Positions 37,368 through 51,612 of a stretch of 64,000 bases of DNA are shown here, in pieces. Each line of letters begins with the position of its first letter. The first letter of the stretch is position 1. The translations under genes were made by a program, and so were the position numbers. The stretch is from positions 3,162,001 to 3,226,000 of the forward strand of contig CM120642.1 of NCBI GenBank assembly GCA_051362555.1, in the 5' to 3' direction. Under the pieces are notes generated by a model. It had not been told where the DNA came from and did not search any database. It worked only from the letters and a program-made list of their open reading frames with translations. This DNA comes from Lingula anatina. Its lineage: Eukaryota > Animalia > Brachiopoda.

Positions 37368-38840
37368 GTGTACCTTTGCAGTCAGATCATGGTGAACTGT
37401 CACCCAGTAGTTCAATTGATGTAGTAATGCATCCATTTTGTCCACATCCATTTCTGTTCCTTTACGTTCAGAGAGTTTTTCATAGTTGAAATGTTTGTTA
37501 TTGATGATTAGGGCCCGCCCCCTTGGGTTGGAAGTATTTTTATACACCTAATGGAAATAACAAATGCAACTTGCATTTACTGCATTAAATGCAATTTATT
37601 GTTTTAACACTAGGAATAAATAGCTGTCAAAGCAATTTAATACTTTCTTCTAATTTCTTTCTCTCCCTTTTTAACATTTAATTACAAAGAACAAGAGCAA
37701 AAGATATTTGTAAGAAGTTAATTATCAATTAATGAAAACTTTACCTCATTTGTGTTATTAGCATACTTTGCATAAAAGTAAGGAGTGCATGGTTTCACTT
37801 TCACTTCATTTTCCTTCTCTGTCTCTCCTAGGTATATAAAAAAATGCATGATAAGATATTCAGTCAAATGAACATTCATTCTTTCACATCACATTCAACA
37901 ATTGTTGTAATTTGAAATGTGGTATTGAGGTTTGTCTTACAACAACATATGGGTGGGCTTTAAAGCATTTATTTCTTTTCTAACTAATATCACTAACTAT
38001 GTTACGTTTTGACCAATTAAATATTTTAAACGCATTAGGCAGCATGTACATGTAAACTTTCTAATATGTCCAACCGATTAAGATTTCACAAATAACAATT
38101 CATAAATCTAACATGGTAGAGAATAAAAAGACTCCTCCTTAACAGACAAGATAGAACAGAATTTAACTTTGAAGGATGGCTGTGGTGAATTTAGGATTGA
38201 TGAGGGAATAAGTGAAAAATGGTGGCAGTGCAAGAAAGAAAATAATGATACTAATAAAATAATAAAACAGGTTTTGTCAAATTTGATGCAATATATTTCA
38301 TATATAATGCTGAAGAGCATACCACCACTTACCTGCAGGTAACCTAGACATTCAGAAAATGTAACCAGCATACAGGTTCAAGCCCAAGGGATTTCAAAAT
38401 GACACGCTGGCAATGCACATATTTACTCCAACACACATACAGTGTTGCTCATACACATAATCCATTTCATAATTTGCCAATAGGGAAAAATGTATTTTTT
38501 TCTTGAGGAGGGAGATTAATACGTTTTTTAAATATATTTCCATTGCTTTAAGACGCTGGTAGTGTCACGCAATAACATGTTACCATGTTCATAATGTTAC
38601 CATTAAATGATAAAATAGTTAAATAGTACATGGTTTTCTCCAAAAATATCTTAAACTGCATATTTAATGTTTTCTTTGCTTAAATTAATTATGCACACCT
38701 GATCTCAAACTGATATAATTGCTTCAACAATTCAACAAAGGTTGTAGCATTGAGAACTCACCTTGTTTTTTGCCTCTCTTTCTAAGGTTGAACTTGGCTG
38801 CACTATCTGTTGAATTGTGACCAGACTGAGACAGCTCCAT
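32324..38840 (-). CDS. Caspase-2-like protease, copy 2 (caspase-only, apparently intact)
   Basis: Exons 38840-38762, 37827-37745, 37547-37374, 37078-36859 (SHG, QACQG), 36464-36306, 33289-33180 and 32497-32324 (TAA). Phases are consistent and there are no internal stops; exon-by-exon paralog of copy 1 apart from a missing exon 2. Confidence 0.88.
34131..36176. mobile_element. piggyBac-like non-autonomous element
   Basis: TTAA|CCCTCATCCAC ... GTGGATGAGGG|TTAA; absent from the paralogous intron of caspase copy 1. Confidence 0.8.
34192..35612. mobile_element. Nested TG..CA foldback element with inverted internal repeats
   Basis: tgtaccatgaaaatctgact / agtcagattttcatg...catgttaca; flanks ccgg/ccag; arms 34192-34730 and 34930-35612 are reverse complements. 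Confidence 0.7.
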
Positions 38841-39332
38841 GTTTGGTCCATGTAACAATTGTCAGTTATTTTGTGTTAACTGAAATGTTAGAGATACAGA
38901 CTTGGTTGAATGACCCAAATCAATGTTCGTCCCACCTACTACAAGCTGTAAGTGGGTAATTAACTTTCATGCCCGCTCAGCTGACAGCTATTTAGCATGA
39001 ACCCCCAAGGAATTAGGTCTAGTAGTTGGCTCGATCTTATCTCTGGGAATGGGGTCTTACTTCAACTTTTGTGTCAATTCATCTCCTCTGCATCCTACAG
39101 AAAGAATGTGTAATTGTTGTCATAAGAATTAAACCATAAACTCCTGAAATGTTCTAAATTATCACATTTTTCAGTGTAAAATTCCTGTGTGGTACTAGTA
39201 ATTATTTATAGTACCTGACATACTGCCAACCAATATGGATGCAATTGTAATCCATGGGTTGTTTGTGATTCATTTTTTTCTTCATCATCTAGGGGTGCTG
39301 GGGTGTTGTTTAACATAGTTTAATGACTGGGG

Positions 39333-39720
39333 AAGGTTTGGAGGGGGGACCAAGATTAGGAGGTGGACTTGGTAGCCGAGGAGGAGGATTTGGAAGAGGT
39401 GGATTCCGAGGAGGAAGAGGTGAATTTGGAGGCGGAAGAGGTGGATTCCTTGGAGGAAGGGGTGGATTCAACAGAGGATTTTAATATTTTGAACAGGGGT
39501 GTGAAATAATATGTGAACAGCTTATTTACTGTGAGAGAAATTGCCTTCCAAATATTGACTTATAACAGAAAATACAGAGCTTTTTAAACAAATTTTCCGA
39601 TTTCCACATGGCAGTGGATATTTTACATGTGTATTATAAAATTGTATTTCATTGTCTCAATAGTTTTAAGCAATTCACAGGCAAATTTATTCTTACCACT
39701 CATTTGATCTGAGTAAAAAA
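39333..39720 (+). pseudogene. DHX9: Second fragment of the DHX9 last exon (RGG tail) plus 3'UTR
   Basis: Matches 27830-28170 (gaggtggattccgaggaggaagagg...ttttaatattttgaacaggggtgtgaaataatatgtgaaca). Confidence 0.85.
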
Positions 39721-39744
39721 GTACATTACATCAAAGTAACTTAA

Positions 39745-42700
39745 GGCTGATATGCCTAGCAGCATGGCAGTAAATATTGGCCTTAATACTGATCTTGATG
39801 GGCAAAAATACAGGCTTAATTGTCCTTGGCCTTCCTTTCTTCATAAAAAATTCCATTGCTATTTTAAGGCACATTAATTTTTAGTTGTTTCAGGTGTAAA
39901 ATGTCAAAAATTTTCAAAATTTGAATACATTGTTAGAAACAATACAGTAGTAACTACAGTATTGCATATATAAAAGATTATTTTTGATTCAGAAGAGCAA
40001 GAGTATACTGTTCTAATATACTTATGATAATAAAGTAAATGCATCACATATATCAGCTAGTAGTTTTACTAAGTACTGTATCATACATGTATTTTATCTT
40101 AGTATTTTTAATTAATTTTCTCATGTTCATTTAAGACTTGTCTGCAAACAAACTAACCAATGTCACCAAAAAAACCTCCACTTCTGGCTGTAATGAACTG
40201 TTGGACAAAATGATGCCACTATCAATCTGAACCCACACAGTAGGTACATTTTATGTTACCCTTTTATTGTCGCTATAAATTGATTTGATACATGGTGCCG
40301 ACATTATCTCTAACAAATTTTGGCACTTTTGCAGTATTCAACAACCCCCACCACCACCTCTGTGATATTCAATATATTTTTCTAAATTAATTTGGATGGT
40401 GACTTATTTTGAGCTTTCATGAAACAACCATCTGAAATTAGGGCTACCGCATGGGCAATTAGACCACTTTAGATGCACCCGTCATTCACCCTAAGACATC
40501 CTTAATCCATCTAAACTTCAGTCCCTCAATGCTATAATCTAGCAGTAACATACATGTCCCCTTTTTACAGACCATTCAGAAACATTCCAGATAGACACTT
40601 GCACGTTATAAACACTGTGATAAGGATTCCGGATTCCAATATATACCATACAGCTTGAATCACAAGCATTCAAATACAAACCAAAACGTTCACGTCACTC
40701 ATAAGTGTTACCTCTGCTCTTGCCAAAAGTTAAGGTAGATCGGTCAGTACGTAATTTGACGATTTGCGCAATTTCAGCGCATCGTCAATCGTCTCTAACG
40801 ACACTACAGTCTGTTTTATCAATTTGAGGAAATAAAATAATCTATAAGATAAACACACATTATCAACTTGTCTGTAACTCTGTATGATCGATTCAGATTT
40901 TCGACAACATTTGTCGACTATGATTTCAGGGCAGAAACTACTAAATCAGCCTATCAGCGGCACCCTGAGCTTCAGAGATAACTTGACACTAACCTCTTCA
41001 CTATAGCCTATCGATCTTCATCGTGTCAAGTTACCTCTGACCACATTCGATTGCCCCCGCCGCCCGCCCGCACTCAATGACTCATTGAACGATCTAGCCA
41101 ATGAACGCGAACGAATCAAAGCGCGCTTTGTTCAAATCCGGACCAATCAAAGATAAGGCCGAATATCAGCACCCTGATCATGAGCTTCAGAGATAACTTG
41201 ACACTAACCTCTTCACTATAGCCTATCGATCTTCATCGTGTCAAGTTACCTCTGACGAAAATAGTTTGACCTAGTTTATATAAGCCAATCGAATCCATGT
41301 TTCAAAATTTTTCTCCAAAGTTTGGTGAAAACGCTGATTGGTTGAAAGTCCAGAATTATGTCTAATGAGAAAATTGTATTTCGTTGCGTCCGCATAACCG
41401 TCAATCGGCAATCCTCGGCTGATTCCGTAAGCTCCATACTAACAAAAAACGGCGCGGTCCGGCGCTTTCCACCTTTAATGATTATGCGTTTTCACACCAT
41501 CAAAACCTCAGCTAGAATAAGACAACTCCCGTTTACGCCATGACATTTTTACATAATCATCAAAACTAGCAAATTATTCTTTAGTCGCTTCTGCAGATTA
41601 TAAAGTTATTGTCGAGTGCGGATCGGACATGTGAGTAGTTCCGAGTGCATAACCGTACACAAAGAAAGCATGGCGTCTCCTACGAGTGACTACGTAAAAG
41701 AATGTGTTAAGTTATCTCTTGATTCTTTGCAAAATATGCCTATATCGGAATTGAAACCAGAGCAGTTAGAGGCTCTGCATCATTTTCTACTATAAGGGAT
41801 GATGTATTTTGATTGCTGCCTACAGGTTACGGCAAGTCCCTGATATTCGGCCTTATCTTTGATTGGTCCGGATTTGAACAAAGCGCGCTTTGACTCGTTC
41901 GCGTTCATTGGCTAGATCGTTCAATGAGTCATTGAGTGCGGGCTTTAAATTTCATTGGCGGGCGGCGGGGGCAATCGAATGTGGTCAGAGGTAACTTGAC
42001 ACGATGAAGATCGATAGGCTATAGTGAAGAGGTTAGTGTCAAGTTATCTCTGAAGCTCAGGGTGATCAGCGGCTGTTATAGACGAATGTTTTTCCATTTT
42101 TTTCTGGCATTTCTTGTGTGTTGCTAGGGGTTAATTTTGGTATCAACTAACAGGCTAGGGTGTATACTACTGCCAGTTTTTTTATCAGGACCAGGCTCAG
42201 GTGCGGTGCAGTCGTGAGACCTCTGGCGGAGGGGGCTACTGACTGTGAGTTGTGCAGTGGTTTGTTTACAAACAGAGGGGTGCACATGTTCAAGTGAGGT
42301 GAACTTCGCTAACCTATCGGTTACGTTGTTTTTGTTTTAAATTTAGCCAACATATACTGTAGGTTTACTAGACCTGGGTCACACATGGGCCAGAGGGGCT
42401 TTGAAAATTCATGACACTCATATGCCGAGCAGCATGGCAGTTAATAGTGACCTTATTGCTGATCCTGATAGGTAACGGGGTAATAATACAGGCTTGTCCT
42501 TGGCTTTCTTCTTCGTAAACAAAAACCCCCTTGCTATTTTAAGGCATGACGGAATTTTTTCTCAATTAACTTTCATTAACAGAAAAATTCCCCTTCCCAT
42601 ATTATTTAAGGCGCATTGATTTTTATTTGTTTCAGGTGTGAAATGTCAACAATCATGATAGTTTTTTTCTTAGTTTTTAGGATAATATGTTAAGCAAATG

Positions 42701-42955
42701 TATTTAAAATCTGAATACATTGTTAGAAACAATAAATTGTATCTAAAAGATTATTTTTGATTCAGAAGAGCAAGAGTCTACTGTTCTAATATACTTATAT
42801 TTAATTATAATAATAAAGAGAATGCTTTACATATATCAGCTATAGTTAGTAGTTTTACTACTGCATCGTATTTTATATTAATATTTTTAATTGATTCTGT
42901 CATGTTCATTTAAGTCTTGTCGGCAAACAAACTAACAAACTAACCAATGTCAATA
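39745..42955 (+). repeat. Dispersed direct repeat pair (~39745-40170 and ~42420-42955)
   Basis: Shared blocks agcagcatggcagt, tgaatacattgttagaaacaata, aaaagattatttttgattcagaagagcaagagt and aactaaccaatgtca. Confidence 0.75.
40961..42064. mobile_element. TIR DNA transposon remnant carrying a RecQ-helicase fragment (AcademH-like)
   Basis: ~200-bp TIRs caccctgagcttcagagataacttgacac / gtgtcaagttatctctgaagctcagggtg; TSD atcagcgg (8 bp, extendable to 9-10); internal 41670-41848 reads MASPT...ELKPEQLEAL..DVF*LLPTGYGKSLIF. Confidence 0.75.
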
Positions 42956-43037
42956 AAAGGAATTTATTAGTTTTCACGTGTATATAGGACATGAACCCAC
43001 AACGTACGTTTAAATGTGATATCTAATTTACAAACTT

Positions 43038-43691
43038 TTTTTTATTAAGCATATACAAACACAATACAGCACATTACAAAGAAGACAAACATAGGCCTAC
43101 AAGAACATGAAATACATCATAGAATCAGAAAACATTGCATTACAAATACAAAAAGATACACTGCATCAGTACAGTTTTATAACTTAATACAATACATACA
43201 CTTTTATGTGTGCACAGTCACTGGAATATTGTTTTAATATTGTAGAACGTACAATACAATATAAAAGATTCTACAGTACATTACAGAGTACATTACAACC
43301 TGAATAATACGTAAAAAAGCAAGGTGATACTGTGCACCAGTATAAGAACTAGAGATATAATAGATTGTGTGTCTTAATGTAATATAGTGTACATGCACAT
43401 ACATACACACATCTTTCGCTTACAACCTCACACATCCGAAGGCACACGCACACTGTAGTGCACACAAATACTTATAATACAGATGCTCAGTCACTGAAAT
43501 ACTGATCTTATTTTGAGCAAGAAATAAAAATGCATATTATAAACAGTTTTGATTTGTTATTCCGCTAATATCTTATCAATATTTAGCCAAATCTGTTGTA
43601 TGTTAGTTCGTTTCGCTTGAGGATACATGTATAATGAGAACCTGGTAATATTTCCATAGCATCTGACATATTGTATTAACCCTACCCAAGT

Positions 43692-43731
<40 letters not shown>

Positions 43732-45988
43732 TCGGATCTGGACCAGCATATGCTTATGTATTTCATAGTTATCAATGTAAGTAAATACAGGCCTTCTATC
43801 TTAAATTGTTGTACAAGACCAAATAAGAACACTTTGGGATGCCTCTCTATATTCATCTTCATACTTTCCCTTATAGCATAAATAAGGCAAGTCCAAATAT
43901 TTTGTACTTATGGACATTTCCAAAATACATGATATATTGTCTCATTGGCAATATTACAAAACTCGCACAGCTGAGATTCTTTTTCTTTATTTTCATTAAG
44001 TATGAATTTGTGCTGAAAATTCTATGATTGATTCTAAATTGCAGTGTTTGTAATTTTGTGTCTTCTATCTCGGTAAAAACTGATCTAAATATCAAATGCC
44101 ATTTCTCTTCGTCTAAAATTTCCCCAATATCTGTGTGCCATTTGTTTATTGCTTTTCTAGGGATTTTTCAAGTTCTTGGATGTATTTTTGGTAAAAGTAT
44201 CTGGACGGCTTTGGGACACTCTTCATTGCATTGCTGTTCTTAATGCAGATGCTTTCTAAACGTTAACCATTATTCAAAATGGCCTTTCGCCACTGGACCG
44301 GAATACTACTTTGGATGCTCATGTAGTTGAGGAAATTGCTATTTAGTTCATATTTTCTATTAAGCTCGTCTAGTGATATGAATATACCATGGTTATCAAT
44401 AATATCATTTATGAAGAAAACTCTGTTTCGCAGCCATTTCTTATAACATACAGCTCTATGGTTAATTTTTATCTTGTCGTTTTTCCATATCGGTTGTGAG
44501 AGGATTTCTTCAACAGTTGTACTAGGGTTATTCTGTATTTCTGCCCAAAAATCAATCACGTCTTGCCAAAAACTGTTATTTATTTTTATTGTCCTTAAAC
44601 CCTCACTTGTTAGATTCCAAAAAAAATTTTTTCCATATTTTTTGAGTTCGTTTGCGAGTATATTTTTCCAGCTACTCTTGTTTTTTGTGTCGACAAATCT
44701 CTTTATCCAGGACATTTTTAGTGATTTAGCAAACAATTTAATGTGTGGCACCCTGAGACCTCCTTTACTATAGTCTGATATCAGTGTTGTCCGTTTGATT
44801 TTGTCAATTTTACTATTCCATATAAAATTAAAAATCATTTGATCCAATGTTTTGAAAATTATTTCAGAGGGATTTGGCAACACTGTCAGAATTTTTACCA
44901 GTATTGGTAAAGCTAATGTTTTTACTATTGTTACTTTTCCCATTAAAGATTTCTCAACGACCAGTCTGACATTAATTTTTTTACCTTATTAATCTTTTCC
45001 TCAAAGTTTACATCATAATAGTTAGGTTTATTCAGTTCATACTTAATGCCAAGAAGTTTAAAGTTTCCCTCATGATTCCACTTGATGTTCTCCGCAGTTT
45101 GTATTTCTTCATAACACCCTCATTTGCTTCCGATCCAAACTGCTTCGGTCTTGTCAAAGTTGATTTTTAGGCCAGAACATTCGGAAAAAAGTTTAATTAC
45201 CGCGAGTGTTTTTGCAGGCTCAACTGGTCGTCCGAAAGAGTTAGCGTAGTGTCATCTGCGTATGAAGTAATCAGGTACTCGACGTTATCAATTTCTATTC
45301 CATTTATTTCGGGGTCTTTTTTAATTGCTGCTGAAAGTAATTCAATACATAAAATAAATAGGTACGGGGAAAGGGGGTCATCCTGTTTCACACCCCGCCT
45401 GACCATAAAGAAATCAGAAAGATATCCAATATTTTGAATTGACGACGAAATTTCAGAGTACAGAGTTTTAACCCAATTTATTATTGTTGGGCCGAAATTG
45501 TAAAATACTAAAGTAGCATGTATGAAATTCCACTCCAAAGTATCAAAAGCTTTTTCATAGTCTAGCAGGAGGAGGAGTCCGGGTATTTGAACGGTTTCGT
45601 TTTTTTTCAATAAGGTCGAAAATCAACTTTGTGCATTCACCAATAAACCTCCCTTTTACGAACCCTGTTTGTGTGCTACTTATTAACTTATTGAGATGTC
45701 GTTTCATTCTATTAGCAATGCAGGCCGAAATGATTTTATAGTCAACGTTAAGTAGACAAATTGGCCTCCAGTTCTTTAGTAGTTTTTTATCCTTTCCAGG
45801 TTTAGGTAAACAAGTAATCATGCCTCGTCTTTGACTTGTAGACATGCGTTGTTTACTGTACGAGTAATTAAAGGAACGCACGATATAAACCTTTAGTTCC
45901 TCCCAAAAAACTTATAGTATATTCGTCAATTCCCGGCGATCGCCCGTTTTTCATCTTTTTTTAGTGCATCGAGACATTCCGAGTTAGT
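43038..45988 (-). mobile_element. 5'-truncated, frameshifted L1/Tx1-clade LINE (reverse transcriptase)
   Basis: NWRPICLLNVDYKI, QTGFVKGRFI, LDYEKAFD, GVKQDDPLSPYLF, YADD and GGLRVP motifs in broken frames; poly(A) at ~43036-43043; 14-bp TSD taatttacaaactt at 43024-43037 and 45989-46002. Confidence 0.95.
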
Positions 45989-46607
45989 TAATTTACAAAC
46001 TTGACATTGAATATGGGATATGTCACTTTCTCAGGTATGCTAAGGTAAAAATGCATTCTGTTTTAAAAACTCAGATCTCATATAAAACGTGATAAAATAA
46101 GATATGTGAATGTAAAAGTGTATAGTCAGACTAACGTGTCTGTTTCACTGCTGCATTGTGTAATATGCAGTGCTTTATTTGGGTAGTCCTCCTTTGGGCT
46201 GATCAAAGCTTGGCTTTCCTGTCAAAAATGTCGCCATATGTCGGCAACTACAGGAAAGAAGAATATGAATCTTTGCATGCTCTAAAATGCGTAAAATGAG
46301 CTATAAGCAGTGTTTTACAAAATTGTTAATCTGTGCCAGAAAACATTGGCAGACAGATTATTCTGTCACACGGAGCGGTCGTTTCAGTTTTATAGAGTTA
46401 TTCTTAGAGTCTAGACTGATGTACCTGCACAGAGGCCTCACCCAATGTATCGAAATCTTACTACCAGTGTACAGGACTCACTGTCCCTCCGGATATGCTG
46501 TTGTAACTAAACAAAAGCCACCCAGTCCTTTCAGAACGAGGGGCAAATTGCCACCAGAACGCGTTTTTCAAGGCCCATAACGAACACCAAATTAGTTTTA
46601 GCAGATT

Positions 46608-49600
46608 TAGTTCGGTGGCTTAAGGAAAAAATCGTGACACGGCGGTTAAAAGCACCAAATTTTGCATGTGGGTACCTTTTGACATTCTAAATCAAATTAG
46701 AGCCGTAGCCCACGGAAAAAATTTACCGTTTGGCCAAAAAATCCAAAATGGCCGCCAATTTATTGAATTCTTTATAAATATGTACATACCTATGTTGATT
46801 TTTATCAAATAAATTATTTTCTCAGAGTTTTCCACACCCTTATTACCCATTTTATTCATATATGTCAGATAGCAAACAAGTTCCCTTGGACTTTTTGAAA
46901 AAATCCAAGATGGCTGTCATTTGCCATAGAAACAGCCATATGAATACTAGTGCACAACTATTACCAGCTAGAACGATACGTTGTCCACTATCAAATTAAG
47001 TCTGTTTCTCAGATCTTTGTTACCCACAAAATATTTTTGTGGTGAGTAACTAAGAAGAGTTCTTGGGCATTTTGGAAAATCCAAGATGGCTGCCATGTGC
47101 CACAGGAATTCTAGTATACGGGGGATTCAACTAATGGCAACTGGAAAGATTAGTTTTTCACTATCAAATTAAGCTGGGTTCTGAGTGTTTTCCACATCCT
47201 TTCTACCCACACAATATGTATGTGGTGAGTAACTAACATTATTCTTGGGCATTTTGAAAAAATCCAAGATGGCCGCCACATGTAATAGGAATACTTCTAG
47301 TATTACAAAGGGTTGAAACTAATGCCAGCTAATTCACTATCAAATTCAGTTTATTTTTTTAGTGTTTTACACATTATTATTACACTGTGATACATATCTA
47401 GCAGGTAATAAATGTGCATATTTGATCATTTTGAGAAAACCCAAGATGGCAGTCACTGGCCATAGGAATACTACTGGAATTACAACTGCACATCCATGGC
47501 TTTTCATCTACTACCAGGGTGAATTTGTGTTTGTTTATCAAGTTTTGCCCATCCTTATTAGTCCTATGATATATATCTGGTGGGTAAATAGTGTGCATCC
47601 TTGGATATTCTGAGAAAAAGATACCTACAATTTAACATAGGAATACTAATGGGTGGGTTTCAATTGCTGCTAGAGAGGCATATGGTTCATTATACAATTA
47701 CATTTCCATGGGTTTGTTTTAAAAATAATTTGTTTTTCATTCCATTTATTATTACCCCTATGATGTATACCTGGTCTGTAGCATGTGTGTATCTTTGGGT
47801 GTTCTGAAAAAATTTAAGATGTCTGCCTTTTGTCATTAGAATATTCGAACACATAATCAAATAATGCTAGAGATACACTGAGTACGATTTAAATGTAGTT
47901 AACTTTGGGTCGTTTTTAAATGTTTTTCATATCCTATTTATCCTTATGAAAGACTCTGTGTGTTTTGAAAGTGTATGTATCCTTGAGTATTATTCGGAGA
48001 AAACCCAAGATAGCTGCCAGTTGTCATAGGAATATATCATTCAAATGCACATAGGTGTCAATTAATAGAACAGTTCAGACATTGATTCCAACATGAAATA
48101 AAGCCTTTGATGTTTAAACATGTTGACATCCTTATTAACCTTACTCTTTATAAATCTGGTGTGTAGCAAGTGTGCATCTTGCGTATTTGAGAAAATTCAA
48201 GATTGCTGCAATTCACAATAGGAATAGTACAGTCAACTACTGCCAGAGAGACATTGGGTTCAATATAAAATGAATTTTGTTTCTCGGTATTTCCCACATT
48301 CTTTTTGGACTTTCAGATATCTATCTGGTGGGTAACAAGTGTATACCCTTAAGTATTTTGAAAAAATATCATGATCACCCTAATTTGCCTTAGAAGTGCC
48401 TATAAAAATTAATGCACCAGTTTTCCTATCGGGAATAAAAGGCCATCTTGGATTTCCTCAAAATAATAAAATATGGACATTAATTACCTACGGTAATGTG
48501 CCAAGCATTTCGACGGGCCCAGTCAATCCGACCACAAAAATCATTTTATAAAATTAATTTTTCTGGGCTCAAAGATTTAGTCCATACGTCAAAATCATGC
48601 GACAGAATTTTTTTCTTGTTCCGATTGTTCGACCACATCGTCGTAAATTTTCAAGCCTGTGGAATAGATGCTGCATGCCTCGGCCCTTTGTCAATTGTTG
48701 TCCTTTCAATAGCTCTCGTCAATGAGGAAGAAACAATTAATTGAAGATCTAATCTGGAAGCATGACATACCTGTCATTTCCTTTGTCCTTGATGACAATA
48801 ATAGTGCTTATAGACAAACAAATTGTGCTAATTAAGCAGACTTGCCCTCGCTAACTGATTCATCACGCCCGTAACTGGGGAGGGGGGGGGGGGGTTTAAA
48901 AAAAGGTCTATTCTGGATGAAACCAAATATCGACAGTGGGTAGAATACGTCGTAAACACCTTCATATAGACCATATATAGCGTTTGCTAGCAATAAAAAG
49001 TTTGGTTCGATTGAAATATATATGCAGATGGGGAAACGTTCTTGAAGTCAACACCGCAAGATCTTACATTTACTACAATCGACCGAAAGATCAGCGGGAT
49101 CAACCGCCCAGACTTCTTGGCGCCAAATACCACGCGCTGTCAAAATCTGACGAACACGTGTAGCTGTTCACCTACATGGATACAAATTTGTCAACAATAA
49201 AAATGACGTCTTCCTTAACTCCATGGGAGCTTCATAGAGAGTTCCACTGGGTATTTACGTTACTTGTGAGTCACTTTCTATTTCCCCAGATGCATGAAAT
49301 GTTGATAATATTTAGCGCAATCCACGAAGAACTCCATTCCTGTGACACCCCTCCCCCAAAATGGGACCGTCTTCATTAACATATGGTTTGCGCTATGCTG
49401 GAGCAGACTAGATAAGACCAGTCTCTCATTTCTGCATGTGCTCGATTCTCACGTCAAATTATAAATGCAACTGTTTTGTGAAAATTATGGCAATTAAATG
49501 CTTTTTATGTACAGACACAGATGTGTCTGTACATATTGCCATCACCTGCGTCTGTCGTCGCCGCCGGCGCCGTGCACTTTCCTTGTAAACACGATAAGTG

Positions 49601-51293
49601 GAAGGCAGTTTTACTTTTTGGCTTTACTTTACGTTCGGGTTGTATCAGTGGGGTTTTCAATATGCACCGAGGTTTGTGCACAGCGAGAGTATATAAGTAA
49701 GAAAATCGGAAGATACTGTATGTCTATCAGCACAAGTACATGTAGGCTCCGTATTTTGCCTTTTCTCAATATGTTTTAATATGACATGCTTTTTAAACAA
49801 AAGACTTAAAAGTAATTTGAAGTTACACTGATTTCCGTTTGAGTACCAGTTGGTATTCTTTGAAACGGGTGATTGAATTTTCTTCGGAAGTACGTACGTC
49901 TACGCCTCGACGCTGAGCAAGCCTTGCGGGATGAAAACAACTGATCTCAGACTGGTAAAAATTTCAATTCGGTTGATTTCTGTTGTCATATTAAAATTCA
50001 AATAGGGCATACGTAGATCACATAACTAGTTTAAGTCCACTTAAGCTACCGGTTTCAAATATAAGTGACCGGCCTTTGTTTACAACACCTGTCTCCGGGG
50101 AAATACTCGTCCCACTTGTGAAGCGCATCATGAAAATGATCGTAGGTGAGGGAAATATATAATTAGAAATTATAATTGTCGTCTTTTTTAATGTTAAGTA
50201 ATGTTAGCACATATTGTACACAGCAAAATAAGATTTCAGAAGGAGGATAAAACATGCCTAAAACACATGTTAGGCGAAAATTGCGGCTTATCTTGCGTAA
50301 CACTTCCGGTAAAATGCAATACTTCCGGAAAGATGGACGTTTTGGCAGATGCCCCTAACAATCCGACGATATCAAAGGTTTCCATTTGCTGTATTTTAAT
50401 CAATTCGACCAAACTGACATTTCCATGAAATTAATTAATTAATCTTGGCTGAATTGTTTGGCATATTACCGTAACAGATGTGTATCATGGGATAATAATA
50501 CTAAAAAAAAAAAAAAAAAAAAACGGAATAACAACTGAATTCAGCTTCATTTTATTTGTAAGCCTATCTCTCGCAGGTATTAACCGAACCCCACCTTCTA
50601 TGGCTAATGGCAGCCATTTTGTTTTGTTTTGTTTTCAAAAAGGATACACATAACATTCTCATCACATATGTATTATGTGAATTAAAAAGATGTGGAAAAT
50701 ACTCAGAAACAAACCTAATTTATCAAATAATATTATATCTCCATGGCAGAAGAAGCCCTATGTGTATACTAGTATTCCTTTGATACTAGTATTCCTTTGA
50801 TATGGGGGCCATCTTGGATTTTTCTCGAATTGCCTGTGAATAAAGGTTAGTTACTCACCACAAAATATTATTTGTGCAATAAGAAACAAAATTAATTAGA
50901 TAGTGGGCAATGCATCTTCCTAGTTGGCATTAGTTAGTTGAAAACCCTTGTACATGTTCTAGTATTCCTATGCCATACGGTGGCCATCTTTGATTTTTCA
51001 ATAAGTCCAAGGACACTAGTTTGTTATCTGACACATTTGCATAATATGGGTAATAAGGATGTGGAAAACATTAAGAAAATACTTAATTTGATAAAAATCA
51101 AAATAGATACCGGTATGTATTTATTTCTACAAAATTTCACAAATTGGCGGCCATTTTGGATTTTTTGGCCAAACGGTAAATTTTTTCCGTGGGCTAAGGC
51201 TTTAATTTGTATGTCAAAAGGTACCCACATGCAAAATTTGGTGCTTTTATCCGCTGATTAGGCCATTTTTTGGCCCTAAGCAACCGGACTAAT
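46608..51293. mobile_element. Large non-autonomous TIR element with long imperfect arms
   Basis: 46608-~47300 is the reverse complement of ~50600-51293 (aaaagcaccaaattttgcatgtgggtaccttttgacat...ccaaaatggccgccaattt); degenerate ~170-bp subrepeats (aaatccaagatggc) continue to ~48450. Confidence 0.75.
49502..49625 (-). mobile_element. Truncated family B terminus
   Basis: Same palindrome and following sequence as 13199-13330. Confidence 0.8.
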
Positions 51294-51612
51294 AAGAATA
51301 ACAGACGACCTCTGAGGAAGCCACTGTTAACAGCAAAACGTAGTCGTCTTTTTCTCTAGTAAACTGTGGACCATGGCCGTTTCTTGGTAGAATATGAAAC
51401 GGCGTGCTTTTCTTTATAGAGGTCACATTTTACCTCTTCCGCTCAACTAATCAAAACAGAGTTTACAGACATCCCGAAGAGTCCTACGACGAAGCGTGTG
51501 CCACGTTTAAAGTGAATAGGGTCATTGACAGCGTCAGTATTTGAAAGTGCATACCACATTGGTGCCAAAAAAACAATGTTAATTATCGATGAAAACATGA
51601 AGCACATCAAAC

